Of a stretch of DNA of 64,000 bases, positions 29,129-41,100 are shown piece after piece (position 1 is the first letter of the stretch; every line of letters starts with the position of its first letter). Source of the DNA: Betaproteobacteria bacterium. GTDB taxonomy: Bacteria; Pseudomonadota; Gammaproteobacteria; Burkholderiales; Rhodocyclaceae. The stretch is taken from positions 5,438 through 69,437 of the forward strand of contig WQYV01000001.1 of NCBI GenBank assembly GCA_009781085.1, in the 5' to 3' direction. The notes under the pieces were generated by a model. The model saw nothing but the letters and a program-made list of their open reading frames with translations. It was not told the origin of the DNA and did no database searches. The translations under genes and the position numbers were made by a program.

Positions 29129-29824
29129 TCAGGCAACGGGCGGCGCGGCGGTAGCTTCTACCGGCGGGGGCGGGGTCTGTTCCCGGTTGATGCGTGCCGC
29201 ACGGTGGGCATTGATTGCGTTGAAACCGGCAACCAGGCAACCGAGAACGAAGAATGCGCCGGGCGGTAGGCTGGCAAGCAGAAAACCCGGGTAGTTGTCA
29301 CCAAAAACGCTGATTGATTTCAGGCTCGGAAAAACCATCTCAATGCCAGAAAAAATTGTGCCATTGGCAATGAACTCGCGTATCGCGCCAAGCAACGCCA
29401 ACACCCAGACTAGGCCCAATCCCATTGCGATGCCGTCTACGGTCGACTCCAAAATGCTGTTCTTGGCTGCGTAGGCTTCAACGCGAGCGAGTACGATGCA
29501 GTTGGTGATGATGAGTGGGATGTAGATGCCGAGTACTAGGTACAGGCTGTGAAAGTAGGCGTTGAACGCTAGGTCAAGTACCGTTACCAGCGCTGCGATG
29601 ATGAGAATGAACACGGGGATGCGTATCTCGTAGGCGATCCAGCGCCGCAGGCCGGAGACGACCAGGTTCGAGAGAGTCATTACTATGACGGTGGCAATTC
29701 CCAAACTAACGGCACTCACCATGCTGGTGCTGATGGCAAGGATCGGGCACATGCCGAGAATCTGAGCCAGGCCCGGATTTTGCCGCCACAGACCGTTGCG
29801 GATGTTTTCCCCGAGATTACTCAT
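29129..29824 (-). CDS. rnfE: Rnf/Rsx electron transport subunit E
   Basis: LGMCPILA, RIPVFILIIA, PLIITNC and PPGAF. Confidence 0.95.
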   Translation of the reverse strand: MSNLGENIRNGLWRQNPGLAQILGMCPILAISTSMVSAVSLGIATVIVMTLSNLVVSGLRRWIAYEIRIPVFILIIAALVTVLDLAFNAYFHSLYLVLGIYIPLIITNCIVLARVEAYAAKNSILESTVDGIAMGLGLVWVLALLGAIREFIANGTIFSGIEMVFPSLKSISVFGDNYPGFLLASLPPGAFFVLGCLVAGFNAINAHRAARINREQTPPPPVEATAAPPVA

Positions 29825-29827
29825 TGC

Positions 29828-30547
29828 TCATTCCTTTTGTTTTTCTGCCGGGGCAGTAAAAAGCGCCTCGCGATGCGCGTTGACCCAGGCGGCGGCGCGG
29901 CCTACCGCGTGCGTAACGGCACGGGCGCTAACCGTTGCGCCAGCGGGATAATCAAAATTGCCGCCGTCCTTCTTCACTTCCCAACGCGTGGTGGGCATTG
30001 TGGTGTCTGCACCAACGAACTGGCCGATCCAGGGTTTATCCTTCCTTCGATCCTTGGCCGGGTCGATGTAATCGCCCAAGCCCGGCGTTTCGCGGTGCGA
30101 AGTCACACGCACGCCGCCGATGCGCCCCTCACTGTCCAGTGAGACAACGAGATCAATGCGCCCGCCGTAGCCGTCCGGCGCAAAGGTTTCGAACACCAGC
30201 GCCACGGGTGCACCGCCGCTCCGGGCGCGCCAGACCTTGCCGACGCGGCTCTCGGTGCCGCCTTCAATTTTGGTCTTGTCGTTGATTTTGTCGTCAAGCA
30301 GGGCATTGTCGTAATGCAGGTTTGGTAACACTTCGGCAATGAGGCGCATCTTTTCCTGTTCTTTGGCGGCACGGATACGGTCGCACGTCATTTCATACGT
30401 GAACGCCATGAGGGAGGTAAAGATCAGCGTAAAGACAAAAAGCCCAAAAGCCGAAACCAGCGCACGGTATAGCGCAGGTGGCAACCCTACGAGGAAGGCC
30501 ACGCGGGAAGGGGGCGATTCGGGGAGCGCGGAACCGGGAGGTGTCAT
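29828..30547 (-). CDS. rnfG: Rnf/Rsx subunit G
   Basis: APDGYGGRI, HRETPGLGD, VKKDGG and FMN-site GAT. Its position in the operon fits. Confidence 0.93.
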   Translation of the reverse strand: MTPPGSALPESPPSRVAFLVGLPPALYRALVSAFGLFVFTLIFTSLMAFTYEMTCDRIRAAKEQEKMRLIAEVLPNLHYDNALLDDKINDKTKIEGGTESRVGKVWRARSGGAPVALVFETFAPDGYGGRIDLVVSLDSEGRIGGVRVTSHRETPGLGDYIDPAKDRRKDKPWIGQFVGADTTMPTTRWEVKKDGGNFDYPAGATVSARAVTHAVGRAAAWVNAHREALFTAPAEKQKE

Positions 30548-31542
30548 GGCCTATCCTTGCGCTGACCGGCAGGGGCAAGAGGGGTTGCGCGGTTGATAAA
30601 CGGCACGCAGATGTTCATCAGTAGCACGGCAAAAGCGATTCCATCAGGGTATACGCCAAAAGCGCGGATGACCCACGTAATGATTCCGACCCCGAGGGCG
30701 AAAATGAATTTACCGAGCGGGGAACTTGCACACGTGACTGGGTCGGTGACGATGAAAAAGGCTGCAAGCATCGTTCCGCCGCTGGCGAAATGAAAGAGCG
30801 GGGAAGGAAAACTCTCCGGCGCGATGAGGTAGGACACGCTCGCCATGACGCCCATGCCGACGATGAAACCGAGCGGCAACGACCAAGGGATGATGCGGCG
30901 TGCAAGTAAAAAGACACCACCGACAACATAGCCTGCCGCGATCCATTCCCACCCTCGCCCGCCAGCGTAGCCAAAGGTATTAGAGGTGAGAATGTCCTGG
31001 ACATTGCCCAGGTTGTGCAATCCGGTGCGCATGGTATCTAGGGCTGTTGCGCCAGTGATACCGTCAATTCCGCGACTGCCGCCGAGAATCAAATGCAGTT
31101 GGGTAGCGAAGTCCACGCCGTCGACGGAAGGCCATTGCGACATCAGCGCCGGATAGGCGACGATCATTGCGCAATAGGCAGCCATTGCTGGGTTGAACGG
31201 GTTTTGCCCGATGCCACCATACAGGTGCTTGGCTCCGATAATGGCGACCAGCACACCTGCCACGGTCAACCACCAAGGCGCGATGGAAGGCAAAATAAGC
31301 GCGACAAGCCAAGCGGTGACGATTGCCGAGCCGTCACTGAGCGTGACCCATAGAGGACGCTTGCGTAGCCGGAGAACCAGTGCCTCAGCAGCTAGGGCCG
31401 ACACGGTGGCAATGACGAGGTTGACCAGGATGCCAGCGCCAAATTGCCAAACATAGGCGGCGATGCCAGGCAGGAGCGCGACCAGCACGGTTGTCATTAC
31501 GCGCTGCACACTGGCAGGTTGTCGGATATGTGGGGAAGTCAT
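30544..31542 (-). CDS. rnfD: Rnf/Rsx subunit D
   Basis: SPHIR, YGGIGQNPFNPA, DGITGAT, FFIVTDPVT and YPDG.AFAVLLMN. Confidence 0.95.
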   Translation of the reverse strand: MTSPHIRQPASVQRVMTTVLVALLPGIAAYVWQFGAGILVNLVIATVSALAAEALVLRLRKRPLWVTLSDGSAIVTAWLVALILPSIAPWWLTVAGVLVAIIGAKHLYGGIGQNPFNPAMAAYCAMIVAYPALMSQWPSVDGVDFATQLHLILGGSRGIDGITGATALDTMRTGLHNLGNVQDILTSNTFGYAGGRGWEWIAAGYVVGGVFLLARRIIPWSLPLGFIVGMGVMASVSYLIAPESFPSPLFHFASGGTMLAAFFIVTDPVTCASSPLGKFIFALGVGIITWVIRAFGVYPDGIAFAVLLMNICVPFINRATPLAPAGQRKDRP

Positions 31543-33107
31543 GTTTGTTGATCGTACAAGGGCGCAGCGTTGTCCTGGAGAGAGGGCTCGATTTGGGCCT
31601 GTTCATTGACCCGTTCCGCGGCGGCGGCGATTAGCGCGGCATCGGCGGCAGATTTTGTGCGGGTTTCAGTAGCTCTAGCGGCTAGGCGCGCGGATTTCTC
31701 AGCCTTCTCGCGTTCCAACCGAGAACTGCGGAATTCAAACCTCATTCGAGCCTGATCGGCGGCTTTCTGTTCTTCATCACGGGCGCGGATTTCGCTGCTG
31801 GCATAACGGAAGTAATCGACGAGCGGGATATGAGCCGGGCATACGTAGGCGCAACAACCGCATTCCATACAGTCAAATAGGCGATGATATTTGGCACCGT
31901 CGAAATTTTTCGCACGGCTGGCCCAGTACAACTCGAAGGGTTGCAGATTGACTGGGCAGGCGTCCACGCATTCGCCGCAGCGAATGCAAGGTTGCTCCGA
32001 CGGCGGTGGTGGGAAAAGCTCTTTGGAAGCGGCGATGAGGCAATTGCAGCCCTTAGTGACTGGTGCGTCGAGGTTAGGCAGGGTAAAGCCCATCATTGGC
32101 CCACCCATCAGGACGTGCGTCGTGTTGGGTTTCACTCCGCAGAATGCGAGCAGATCGGCAATTGGCATACCGAGCGGCGTTTCGTAATTACCCGGACGCT
32201 TTACGTTGCCGGTCACGGTGACGATACGCGACACCATTGGCTCGCCATGCAACAAGGCGCGGCACACCGCGTGCGCGGTAGCGACATTGAAACACTGTAT
32301 GCCGAATTTGGTGACACGGTCGCTAGGGGGGATCTCAATGCCGGTGAGTACGTGGATGAGTTGCTTTCTTTCCCCGGTCGGATAGCGCGTCGGAACGACA
32401 ATGACAGTCATCTTGCCCGTGCCCAGGCATTCGCGCGCAACAGGTTCCATGTCGTCCACGGCGGTGCGCGTGGCAGCGATGGCCTCGGGTTTGTTGTCTT
32501 CGATACCGATAAGTGTTTGCTGCGCACCGGTCAAATGCGCCAGAACCGCTGCGCCACTCACGATGTTGGCGGCGCGCTCGCGCATCAAACGGTCATCACC
32601 GGTCATCCACGGTTCGCATTCTGCGCCGTTGATGACTAACGTATTAATTTTGCTCCTGGCCTTGAGGTGGCTTGGAAAAACCGCACCGCCCATGCCAACG
32701 ATGCCGCTTGCCTGGATGCGGAGAATCAACTCGTCGCGGTTTGCCGTGGTGGGGTCGAGCGGTTCGTATGTGATCCAATGATTCTCTCCGTCCGGTTCGA
32801 TTACGATGGACTGTGAGGACAACCCGGATGGGTGCGCCATCGGATAACGCCCGATTTCCGTGACCGTACCCGAAGTCGGCGCGTGAATAGACGTGCCATC
32901 CGCACCCTCAGCTTCGCCGATGCACTGACCTTTCAATACCTTGTCACCAACGGTGACAATCGTCCTTGCCGATCCCTGGCTCCCCTGGATGAGCGGGATT
33001 ATCAGCCGTGGCGGCATCGGTACGTGCCGGATTGGAGTCTCGGAAGATTCCGTTTTGTGAGAGTCGGGATGGACTCCGCCCCTGGGAGTGAAAATCTTCA
33101 AATTCAT
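31539..33107 (-). CDS. rnfC: Rnf/Rsx subunit C
   Basis: [31 protein letters not shown], and two ferredoxin motifs ([24 protein letters not shown]). Start taken at MNLKIF. Confidence 0.95.
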   Translation of the reverse strand: MNLKIFTPRGGVHPDSHKTESSETPIRHVPMPPRLIIPLIQGSQGSARTIVTVGDKVLKGQCIGEAEGADGTSIHAPTSGTVTEIGRYPMAHPSGLSSQSIVIEPDGENHWITYEPLDPTTANRDELILRIQASGIVGMGGAVFPSHLKARSKINTLVINGAECEPWMTGDDRLMRERAANIVSGAAVLAHLTGAQQTLIGIEDNKPEAIAATRTAVDDMEPVARECLGTGKMTVIVVPTRYPTGERKQLIHVLTGIEIPPSDRVTKFGIQCFNVATAHAVCRALLHGEPMVSRIVTVTGNVKRPGNYETPLGMPIADLLAFCGVKPNTTHVLMGGPMMGFTLPNLDAPVTKGCNCLIAASKELFPPPPSEQPCIRCGECVDACPVNLQPFELYWASRAKNFDGAKYHRLFDCMECGCCAYVCPAHIPLVDYFRYASSEIRARDEEQKAADQARMRFEFRSSRLEREKAEKSARLAARATETRTKSAADAALIAAAAERVNEQAQIEPSLQDNAAPLYDQQT

Positions 33108-33649
33108 GCCACCACCCTGAGTCCTGTCACTGGGTATTTCCAACGCCAGTTTTGCGGCGTGCGCGGTTCTTCTACCATTGAAATGCAATCGACAGGGCAA
33201 GGCGGCAGGCACAATTCGCAGCCTGTGCAATAACGGCTCACCACCGTATGCATCTGTTTGGATGAACCGATGATCGCATCGACCGGGCATGCCTGGATGC
33301 ACAACGTACAGCCGATACAGGTTTGTTCATCGATGAGTGCTACCGTTTTCAGCTTTTCGACTAATGCCCCACGTGGTTTGAACTCACGCCCGAGCAACTC
33401 CGCTAGCTTGCGTGTGTTGTCGTCGCCGCCTGGTGTGCACAAGTTGATTTCGGTTTCGCCTTTGGCAATGGCTTCGGCATAGGGCTTGCAGCCTGGATAG
33501 CCGCACTGGGCACACTGGGTTTGCGGTAGGATGGCGTCGATCTGCTCGGCCAGCGGATTTCCTTCAACTTTGAAATAAACAGCGGCATAGCCTAGCGTCG
33601 CACCAAGCACGAGGGCTATTCCTGTCATGATTAAAATGGCGGCAAGCAT
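33104..33649 (-). CDS. rnfB: Rnf/Rsx subunit B
   Basis: [26 protein letters not shown] and [12 protein letters not shown]. Confidence 0.96.
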   Translation of the reverse strand: MLAAILIMTGIALVLGATLGYAAVYFKVEGNPLAEQIDAILPQTQCAQCGYPGCKPYAEAIAKGETEINLCTPGGDDNTRKLAELLGREFKPRGALVEKLKTVALIDEQTCIGCTLCIQACPVDAIIGSSKQMHTVVSRYCTGCELCLPPCPVDCISMVEEPRTPQNWRWKYPVTGLRVVA

Positions 33650-33701
33650 CGATCTGAAAAAGATGGGGGGCAGAAGGTAATTTGGGCAGTGCGGTTATTT
33701 T

Positions 33702-34286
33702 TTAATGATGAAAACGATCCAATCCAGCGAAACCCATGAAAGCAAGGCTCATAAAACCGGCAGTCATCATGATGATAGGCACGCCCCGTAACGCCAATGG
33801 CACATCGGCTCCATCCATCCGTTCACGGAGGCCGGCGAACAGAATCAGGGCAAAAGTGAAACCGACGGAGGAACCGAACCCGAACAGCAGGGATTCGAGC
33901 AGGTCATAACTGAGTTCCGCGCTCAACAGAGGAATACCGAGCACGGCGCAGTTGGTGGTAATCAGCGGCAAGTAGATGCCGAGCACTTGATACAACAGCG
34001 GGCTGACCTTGTGGATGATCAGTTCCGTGAGTTGCACGATGGCCGCGATTACGACGATGAACGCCAGCGCACGCAGGTAGGTGAGGTCGAACGGCACCAG
34101 CAGGTAATGGTCGATGAGATAACTCGCCCCTGAACCCAGCGTGAGCACGAAAGTCGTTGCCAAGCCCATACCGATGGCAGTTTCGAGTTTTTTCGAGGTG
34201 CCCATGAACGGGCACATCCCGAGAATGCGGACAAAAACTACGTTATTGACAAGAACAGCGCTAAGGACGATGAAGAGATAACCCAT
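33702..34286 (-). CDS. rnfA: Rnf/Rsx subunit A
   Basis: [28 protein letters not shown] and LFAGLRER. Confidence 0.96.
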   Translation of the reverse strand: MGYLFIVLSAVLVNNVVFVRILGMCPFMGTSKKLETAIGMGLATTFVLTLGSGASYLIDHYLLVPFDLTYLRALAFIVVIAAIVQLTELIIHKVSPLLYQVLGIYLPLITTNCAVLGIPLLSAELSYDLLESLLFGFGSSVGFTFALILFAGLRERMDGADVPLALRGVPIIMMTAGFMSLAFMGFAGLDRFHH

Positions 34287-34339
34287 TCGAAGCAATGATA
34301 GCGAATGAACAAAACACTGTATTATACAGAGTATTACAC

Positions 34340-35347
34340 CTACGCGGCAGTAGCCTGTACGCACTCGCGGACGAGGCACGGGCCACGAAAAACGAGGCCA
34401 CTCATCAACTGCACCAATGCTGCCCCGGCATCGAGTTTTGCTCGGGCGTCTGTGCCATTGAGTACGCCCCCCACCGCAATGATCGGCACTTCACCCGCTA
34501 GTTCCTGCGCGAGTTGGCGTATTAAGGTGGTTGAAGCTTCCAGCAATGGCGCACCCGACAGCCCGCCTTCCTGATCGGCGTGATGCAACCCCCCCACCTT
34601 GTCGCGCGCAAGCGTGGTATTGGTGGCAATCACGGCATCGATGCTGTGACGGCGCAAGGCATCGGCAATAGATGAAATGGCAATCGTGTCAAGGTCTGGT
34701 GCAATTTTCAGCGCTAGCGGTACGTAGCGGCCATGATGCCCGGCCAAGTGATGTTGGGTCTCCTTGAGGCGGGCAAGGAACTGGTCGAGTTCGGAAGTGC
34801 TTTGCAACTGGCGTAGGTTCTTTGTATTGGGCGACGAAATATTGACTGCCACGTAGCTTGCCACCTCGTACACTTTGGCGAAAGCCACAAGGTAGTCATC
34901 GACGGCGCGTTCCATCGGAGTGCCGACATTTTTACCGATATTGATGCCGAGAATGCCTTTGTATTTGGATGCACGCACATTGGCGACAAGCGCATCGACC
35001 CCGTGGTTGTTGAAACCCATACGATTGATGATGGCGTGTGCTTCCGGCAGCCGGAAAAGGCGCGGACGCGGGTTCCCCGGCTGTGCACGTGGCGTGGTCG
35101 TACCAATTTCAAGGAAACCGAAACCCATCAATGCCAACCCGTCGATGGCCTCGCCGTTTTTGTCGAGTCCTGCGGCAAGCCCAATGCGGTTTGGAAACTT
35201 GAGCCCCATGACCTCTACCGGGATAGAGAGGTGTGGACGTCCAACGGGCAGCAGGCTGCCAGCGACGTGCAAGGTGGCTATGGCGGTTTCGTGCGCGGTT
35301 TCAGGATCAAACGAAAAGAGGAGGGGGCGAACTAGATCATAAAGCAT
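34340..35347 (-). CDS. pyrD: Quinone-dependent dihydroorotate dehydrogenase
   Basis: [34 protein letters not shown] and GGLSG. Confidence 0.97.
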   Translation of the reverse strand: MLYDLVRPLLFSFDPETAHETAIATLHVAGSLLPVGRPHLSIPVEVMGLKFPNRIGLAAGLDKNGEAIDGLALMGFGFLEIGTTTPRAQPGNPRPRLFRLPEAHAIINRMGFNNHGVDALVANVRASKYKGILGINIGKNVGTPMERAVDDYLVAFAKVYEVASYVAVNISSPNTKNLRQLQSTSELDQFLARLKETQHHLAGHHGRYVPLALKIAPDLDTIAISSIADALRRHSIDAVIATNTTLARDKVGGLHHADQEGGLSGAPLLEASTTLIRQLAQELAGEVPIIAVGGVLNGTDARAKLDAGAALVQLMSGLVFRGPCLVRECVQATAA

Positions 35348-35987
35348 GGGGGCGATTGTAGCGGCTTGTACCCGACAGCGCGACATGAAAAACGAAACCG
35401 TTCCAGTACAAGACCAAACCGAGCGGCAGGGAGGATCGCATGATGGGTGCAATCTCCGCGATTCATGGAGAACTGAGGCGAGACAAATATTTATGAAACC
35501 AAAGAATACCCACTTAATTTTCTTGGAAAACCTCCAAACAGAGGGCAGGGGATTCAAAGCGGGGTTAGAATTTCATAAATTATTGCCAGTGTTCCAGAAT
35601 GTAAAAATTATTAATGTGATGAGATGTTATTTTGAATGATATTTTAGCTAACTGTGTAACTCTTATGTGGACACGTCTTATATGTACCTAATGGTGTACA
35701 ATTTAAATTGTCGGTGTAATATATTATTTCTACGCACATACATTCTATGTGATTTCGATGTGTATCATTTCATAGATATCGATATAGTAACTTCCATGAG
35801 GTTCGGTTTATATTGTCACACCGATGCGTTATTTTTGTAAGAAAGCTTGCATTGAATTTTATGTAAATGCGTTTATTTAGATAACGAAACGTGATCGAAG
35901 GAATGGAGTTTCATTAAAAATCAATGAGTTGTATCTGTATTTGATGCGTATTTAGCTGCTTGGTTAATAAGTGCGAAGGAACATAAA

Positions 35988-37100
35988 ATGAGCAGTATCC
36001 GCAAGTTGATCATGCTGGTGGATGATAGCCTTACCAACCTGATGGTTGGTAAGGAGGTTTTATCTGACATATACAGTGTGATAACTATTCCATCAGCAAT
36101 AAAAATGTTTGAATTGCTGATGCGCTATACACCAGAGCTGATTTTGTTGGATGTCGACATGCCTGAAATGAATGGATATGAGGCAATTGAAATTCTTAAA
36201 AATAACCCAAAAATGAAAAATATTCCAGTAATTTTCCTCACAGGTATGGGTGATTCTGTCAGCGAACTTCGCGGGTTAGAATTAGGCGCTGTTGATTATA
36301 TAACTAAGCCATTTTCACCGGCACTTCTGAAAAAGCGGGTCGAACTGCATACTTTGATAGAAGCACAGAAAAAAGCACTACAAGATTATAACGAAAATTT
36401 ACAACAAATAGTGCTTAATAAAGCGCAAACTATACTTAAATTACAGAATAAAGTTTTGCAAGCAATGGCAGAATTAGTGGAAGGGCGGGATAATTTTACA
36501 GGGAATCATGTTGAACGAACGCAAATCTGCCTTGAGGTATTATTGTCTGCTATGAATGAAACCGGTATATACCGAGAACAAACAATCGGGTGGGATATTA
36601 ATTTATTGCTTCAATCTTCACAATTGCATGATGTTGGGAAAATTGCTATTCACGATAATATTCTTAAAAAACCTGGAAAATTAACAGAAGAAGAATTCGA
36701 AGAAATGAAAAAACATGTCGCATATGGTGTCAACTTTATAGAAAAACTTGAAGAGAGTGAGGAGGATAGTATTTTTTTGAAATACGCCAAAATATTCATT
36801 AATTATCATCACGAAAGATGGGATGGTTTCGGTTATCCAAACAATCTCGAAGGAACAAATATTCCGCTACTGGGGCGTCTGATGACTATTGTCGATGTTT
36901 ACGAAGCCTTAGTTTCTGAACGGTGTTACAAACAAGCGATCGATCATCAAGCAGCAGTGAATATTATTCTACAAGGCAGGGAAACTATTTTTGATCCAAT
37001 TTTGACTGATTTGTTTGAACAATGTTCAGAACAATTGTTTTTATCAATGTCGTTAAATGCAAAAAATGAACAAAATCAATATTTGAGCATAAGAAAATGA
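35988..37100 (+). CDS. Response regulator with HD-GYP c-di-GMP phosphodiesterase domain
   Basis: REC motifs VDD, LLDVDMP, FLTG and KPF. HD-GYP motifs LHDVGK, HHERWDGFGYP and VDVYEAL are intact. Confidence 0.93.
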   Translation: MSSIRKLIMLVDDSLTNLMVGKEVLSDIYSVITIPSAIKMFELLMRYTPELILLDVDMPEMNGYEAIEILKNNPKMKNIPVIFLTGMGDSVSELRGLELGAVDYITKPFSPALLKKRVELHTLIEAQKKALQDYNENLQQIVLNKAQTILKLQNKVLQAMAELVEGRDNFTGNHVERTQICLEVLLSAMNETGIYREQTIGWDINLLLQSSQLHDVGKIAIHDNILKKPGKLTEEEFEEMKKHVAYGVNFIEKLEESEEDSIFLKYAKIFINYHHERWDGFGYPNNLEGTNIPLLGRLMTIVDVYEALVSERCYKQAIDHQAAVNIILQGRETIFDPILTDLFEQCSEQLFLSMSLNAKNEQNQYLSIRK

Positions 37101-38158
37101 ATGGAAGAACTGTGATACCAGATATTAGTACGTCAACAAGATACTTTTTTGTTGTAAATCCGATATGTTTTGATAACCATCAGAAAATGGAGTCGATGAT
37201 TGCAGGAGTGCACAGATTTTTCAATGAGTTAAGCAAATCAACGATAAAAGTACCCCCAGATTATGCTGTTCATGTTTCGCGCTTTCCGCGCGATGCCATC
37301 GGTGCAATACGACGATTTGCCGCTGCTGTTCCATCTGCTGTTCCACTCAGAGTATATGCTGTCGGGGGTGACGGTATATTGTTCGATTGCTTGAATGGTA
37401 TCGTAGGGTTGAATAATGTGGAATTAGGTATTATGCCCTACGGTGCAGAAAACAAATTTTGTACATTTTTTGGAATAAAAAATCAGAACATCCTTAATTC
37501 TTTGGAAATACAAACCCGCTCATCTTCTATACCGGTAGATGCAATGTATTGCAACGGTAATTATGCTTTGAGTCATTGCATGATTGGTTTGGAGTCGCTG
37601 ATAAATGGTAATATTAAAAAAATTCGAAAACATATATTTTTGAAGCGATTTATGCCATCAGTTTTTTATTTTTTTTTCGTAAATTACATGTATTTTATAG
37701 ATGCTTTGAATTTTAAAACAGTCGATCATAACTACAGTTTATGGGTAGACGGTGAAGATATGAGTGGAGTACATTTCGCAATTAATATCATCAACACTTC
37801 GTGGCATTCTGGTGAAGGATTTAATCCAAAAATTGACCCGTGTGATGGTTGGTTGAATGTGCTGGTGGGTGGTGATATGAGTGTACTGAAAATATTTAAA
37901 ACAATTAATGGTTGGTCGAATACATTGAATAAATTAAAAATAGCCGAAATGTATGGAAGTGATGGTGATCAAGAAAAATATCGAAACTTATCTCGAAAAT
38001 TTTATACATTTAGGTATGCAAAAAAAATTTTTATAACTTCCGAAAACTCATTGATACTTAATTTGGATGATGAAATTTTTTATGACAAAAATATTACAAT
38101 TGAAATAAAACCTGCGGCAATACGCATCATCGTTCCGAATTCTGTAGCTGGAGTGTAG
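37097..38158 (+). CDS. Diacylglycerol/lipid kinase (DAGK_cat/YegS-like) family protein, divergent
   Basis: FVVNP, VGGDG, IMPYG, DG(W)LNV and LDDE correspond to the NPxSG, GGDG, PxGTxN, DGxLD and DGE family motifs. Its ATG overlaps the upstream TGA. Confidence 0.8.
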   Translation: MNGRTVIPDISTSTRYFFVVNPICFDNHQKMESMIAGVHRFFNELSKSTIKVPPDYAVHVSRFPRDAIGAIRRFAAAVPSAVPLRVYAVGGDGILFDCLNGIVGLNNVELGIMPYGAENKFCTFFGIKNQNILNSLEIQTRSSSIPVDAMYCNGNYALSHCMIGLESLINGNIKKIRKHIFLKRFMPSVFYFFFVNYMYFIDALNFKTVDHNYSLWVDGEDMSGVHFAINIINTSWHSGEGFNPKIDPCDGWLNVLVGGDMSVLKIFKTINGWSNTLNKLKIAEMYGSDGDQEKYRNLSRKFYTFRYAKKIFITSENSLILNLDDEIFYDKNITIEIKPAAIRIIVPNSVAGV

Positions 38159-38160
38159 CC

Positions 38161-41100
38161 ATGACACTTAAAGCGGATCCAGGAAATAATTATTTTTACT
38201 TGGCACTTGTCATGGCGGCGATTGGTGCGATCATCATTATATTGCTACATATGGGATGGGTAGTTCACGCGCATCATTATTCTGTCCTGTTAGTGCCTAT
38301 TTGCGTTTCCCTCGTCATGTTGTTAGTTATAATTCCTACGATAAAATGTATACAACGAGTTTTAGGTAGTCAGGACGAAGGGGGATATTACCGGGCAGCC
38401 AGTTTTTTCGCTTTTTTTGGTGTTATTGGATTTCTCAATATTCGATTACCGCATTATCTCTGGACAGAGCAGCTAGACAAAGCGCTTCTTCTGATCATTA
38501 TATGTTTTCTACTTGTTGTTATGATGGCACTCTTGATGATTTCTATAAGAAACCTTGCAGCTATGTCCTACACGGTTCCATTACTTATCTTTTTAGTTTT
38601 CATTTTTAATAGTCTATATTTAAACGATCATGAATATTATTTAAACGTCAGCGTGTGTATATGTGGTATCGGTGCAATTTACTGTCGATACAAATCGCTT
38701 TTCTATCTTATTATTACAGTTAATGTAATTCTTTATATATTGGTTTTAAATCATATTCCTCTTTTCGGGTTAACTGTGTCATACGACGTTGGGTCTATCA
38801 AGTGGGGAATTGCTATTTACGCTATGTTTGTGCTTCTGATGCTGACGCGTTTTGCTTCAGACAGAAATTTACGATCTACGCAAGCGGAAGAGGCTTTTGC
38901 TACACTGATGGCAAGCACCCCCAACATTATCGCCCTAGTGGACGAAAGAAACTGTGTCACCTATATCAGCGAGCCGATGGCAAAATTGGCCAATATCGAA
39001 AACACAAAAATGGTTGTTGGGCGCCCATTGATTGATCTTTTTCATCAAATGAGTATGAAATTGATGATTAGTGATATTTTTGAGCAAGATGATTTTTATG
39101 ATGAAACAAAAGAAATAATAGAAAATGATAAATCATTTTATTTCAGAATTATATCCAGTTTATTTGTGGGCACTAGGTATGCTAATAAATGTGAAAAACG
39201 TGGTAGATTTATTGACATCAGTGATGTAACCCCCCTGGTTGAAGCCAGATTGGAAGCGGAACGAGCCAATCGATCTAAGAGTATGTTTTTGGCTAAAACA
39301 TCTCATGAAATTCGTACTCCAATGAATGCAATTATTGGTATGAGTGAGTTGATTTTACGTCAAAAAGATATATCTAATAATGTTCGCTATTATGCGGAAA
39401 ATATGAAACAAGCAGGAACAAATTTATTGGTAATTATCAATGATATTCTTGATTTTTCCAAAATGGAATTCAATAAATTAGAACTTGTCCCAGCAGAATA
39501 TGAGTTTGATTCCTTATTGAGCGATGTGTGTATAATTACCAAGATGCGTTTAGCGGGAAAACCAATTCGATTCTATGTTTATGTTGACTGCCATCTACCG
39601 AGCAAAATGGTTGGTGATGAAGCACGTATTCGTCAAATATTGTTGAATTTATTATCTAATGCTGTGAAGTATACAAAAAAAGGATATATTTCACTTCATG
39701 TAGATGCTAAAGAAGTGCAAGCAAATGAATATGAGGTTCGATGCAGAGTACAAGATACTGGTATTGGTATTAAAGAAAGTGATATAAAACGCCTGTTCAA
39801 TGAGTTTGTGCAAATCAATGGTTTCAATAAAAATCAAATAGAAAGTACGGGATTAGGGCTCGTTATTTCAAATAACCTCAGCCGCAAAATGGGTGGAAAA
39901 ATTATGGTTGAAAGTGAGTATGGTAAAGGATCAGTTTTTACTGTTACGTTTTTACAAAAAATTCTTATATATCATTGCTTTGCAGAAGTTTTTGAACCAG
40001 ATAAAAAAAGTGTTTTATTTTATGAACCTCGTCGTCAATTTGTAGAAAATGTTTCTATGACTGTCAAAAATTTAGGTGTATTTTGCAAACGTGTTGAATC
40101 TCATGAAGATCTTGTTGATGAATTATTGAGGCGCGTATACGGTTTTGTTTTCGTACCTCACTATTTGTTGACGGAAACCGTTACCGAACTGAAGCGGCTT
40201 GATTCTAATGCTGTGCCGGTGATTGTCGACGCGAATACTGAAGATCATATGTCTATACCCCATATCCGTACACTAACCATGCCGACCTATGCGCTTAATG
40301 TTGCCAACATCCTGAATGGTTTGCCTGATGTGAAGCATTATGCTCAGGTTGCCGAGAGCGAGGTTCGCTTTATTTTCCCGGATGCAAGAGTTTTGATCGT
40401 GGACGATCTTGCGATCAATCTGCGTGTGGCGCAAGGAATCATGGCTATTTACGAGATGCAAATCGATTGTGTCGAAAGTGGGTTTGAAGCCATCGAAAAG
40501 GTAACACAACAGCACTATGACATTATTTTCATGGATCACATGATGCCGGGTATGGATGGTATGGAGGCGACAGCCGCTATTCGCGCATTAGAAGATGAAT
40601 ATTTTAAAAAAATACCTATCGTTGCATTGACTGCTAATAGTGTTTCTGGGATGCGTGAAATGTTTCTTGAAAATGGCTTTGATGATTTTCTTTCTAAACC
40701 AATTGAAATTGCTAAGTTAGATGGAATTCTAGAAAAATGGATTTCTAAAGAAAAACGCCGAACCGTATTGTTACCAGTAGAAAATATAAAGGATACTGAT
40801 CAAAACGTTGTTGCGAGTTTCCTGAATATCGAAGGCGTGAATGTTTCTACTGGTATACAGCATGCTGCTGATTCCGAAGAACGCTACTGGAGTTTCCTTG
40901 AGGTTTTTCTATGTGATGCAAAACAGCGTTTTGCGTCGTTGGAAATGCCAACGCCCGATAACATGAATACATTTGTCTCGCATGTTCATGCCTTGAAAAG
41001 CGCCTTAGCCAATATTGGTGCATTGACATTATCGGAATCGTCAGGTTTGTTGGAAGCTGCCGGTCGTCGAGAGGATATATTGTTCATTCGTGAACATCTG

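Noticed and set aside
29920-29960. RnfG flavinylation motif reads AGAT rather than (S/T)GAT
   Set aside because: The modified Thr and the upstream Asp are retained, so this is likely tolerated variation.
37662-37677. T6-A-T9 tract in the DAGK-like gene as a phase-variation site
   Set aside because: The frame is intact and such tracts are expected in very AT-rich DNA encoding Phe runs. There is no evidence of slippage.
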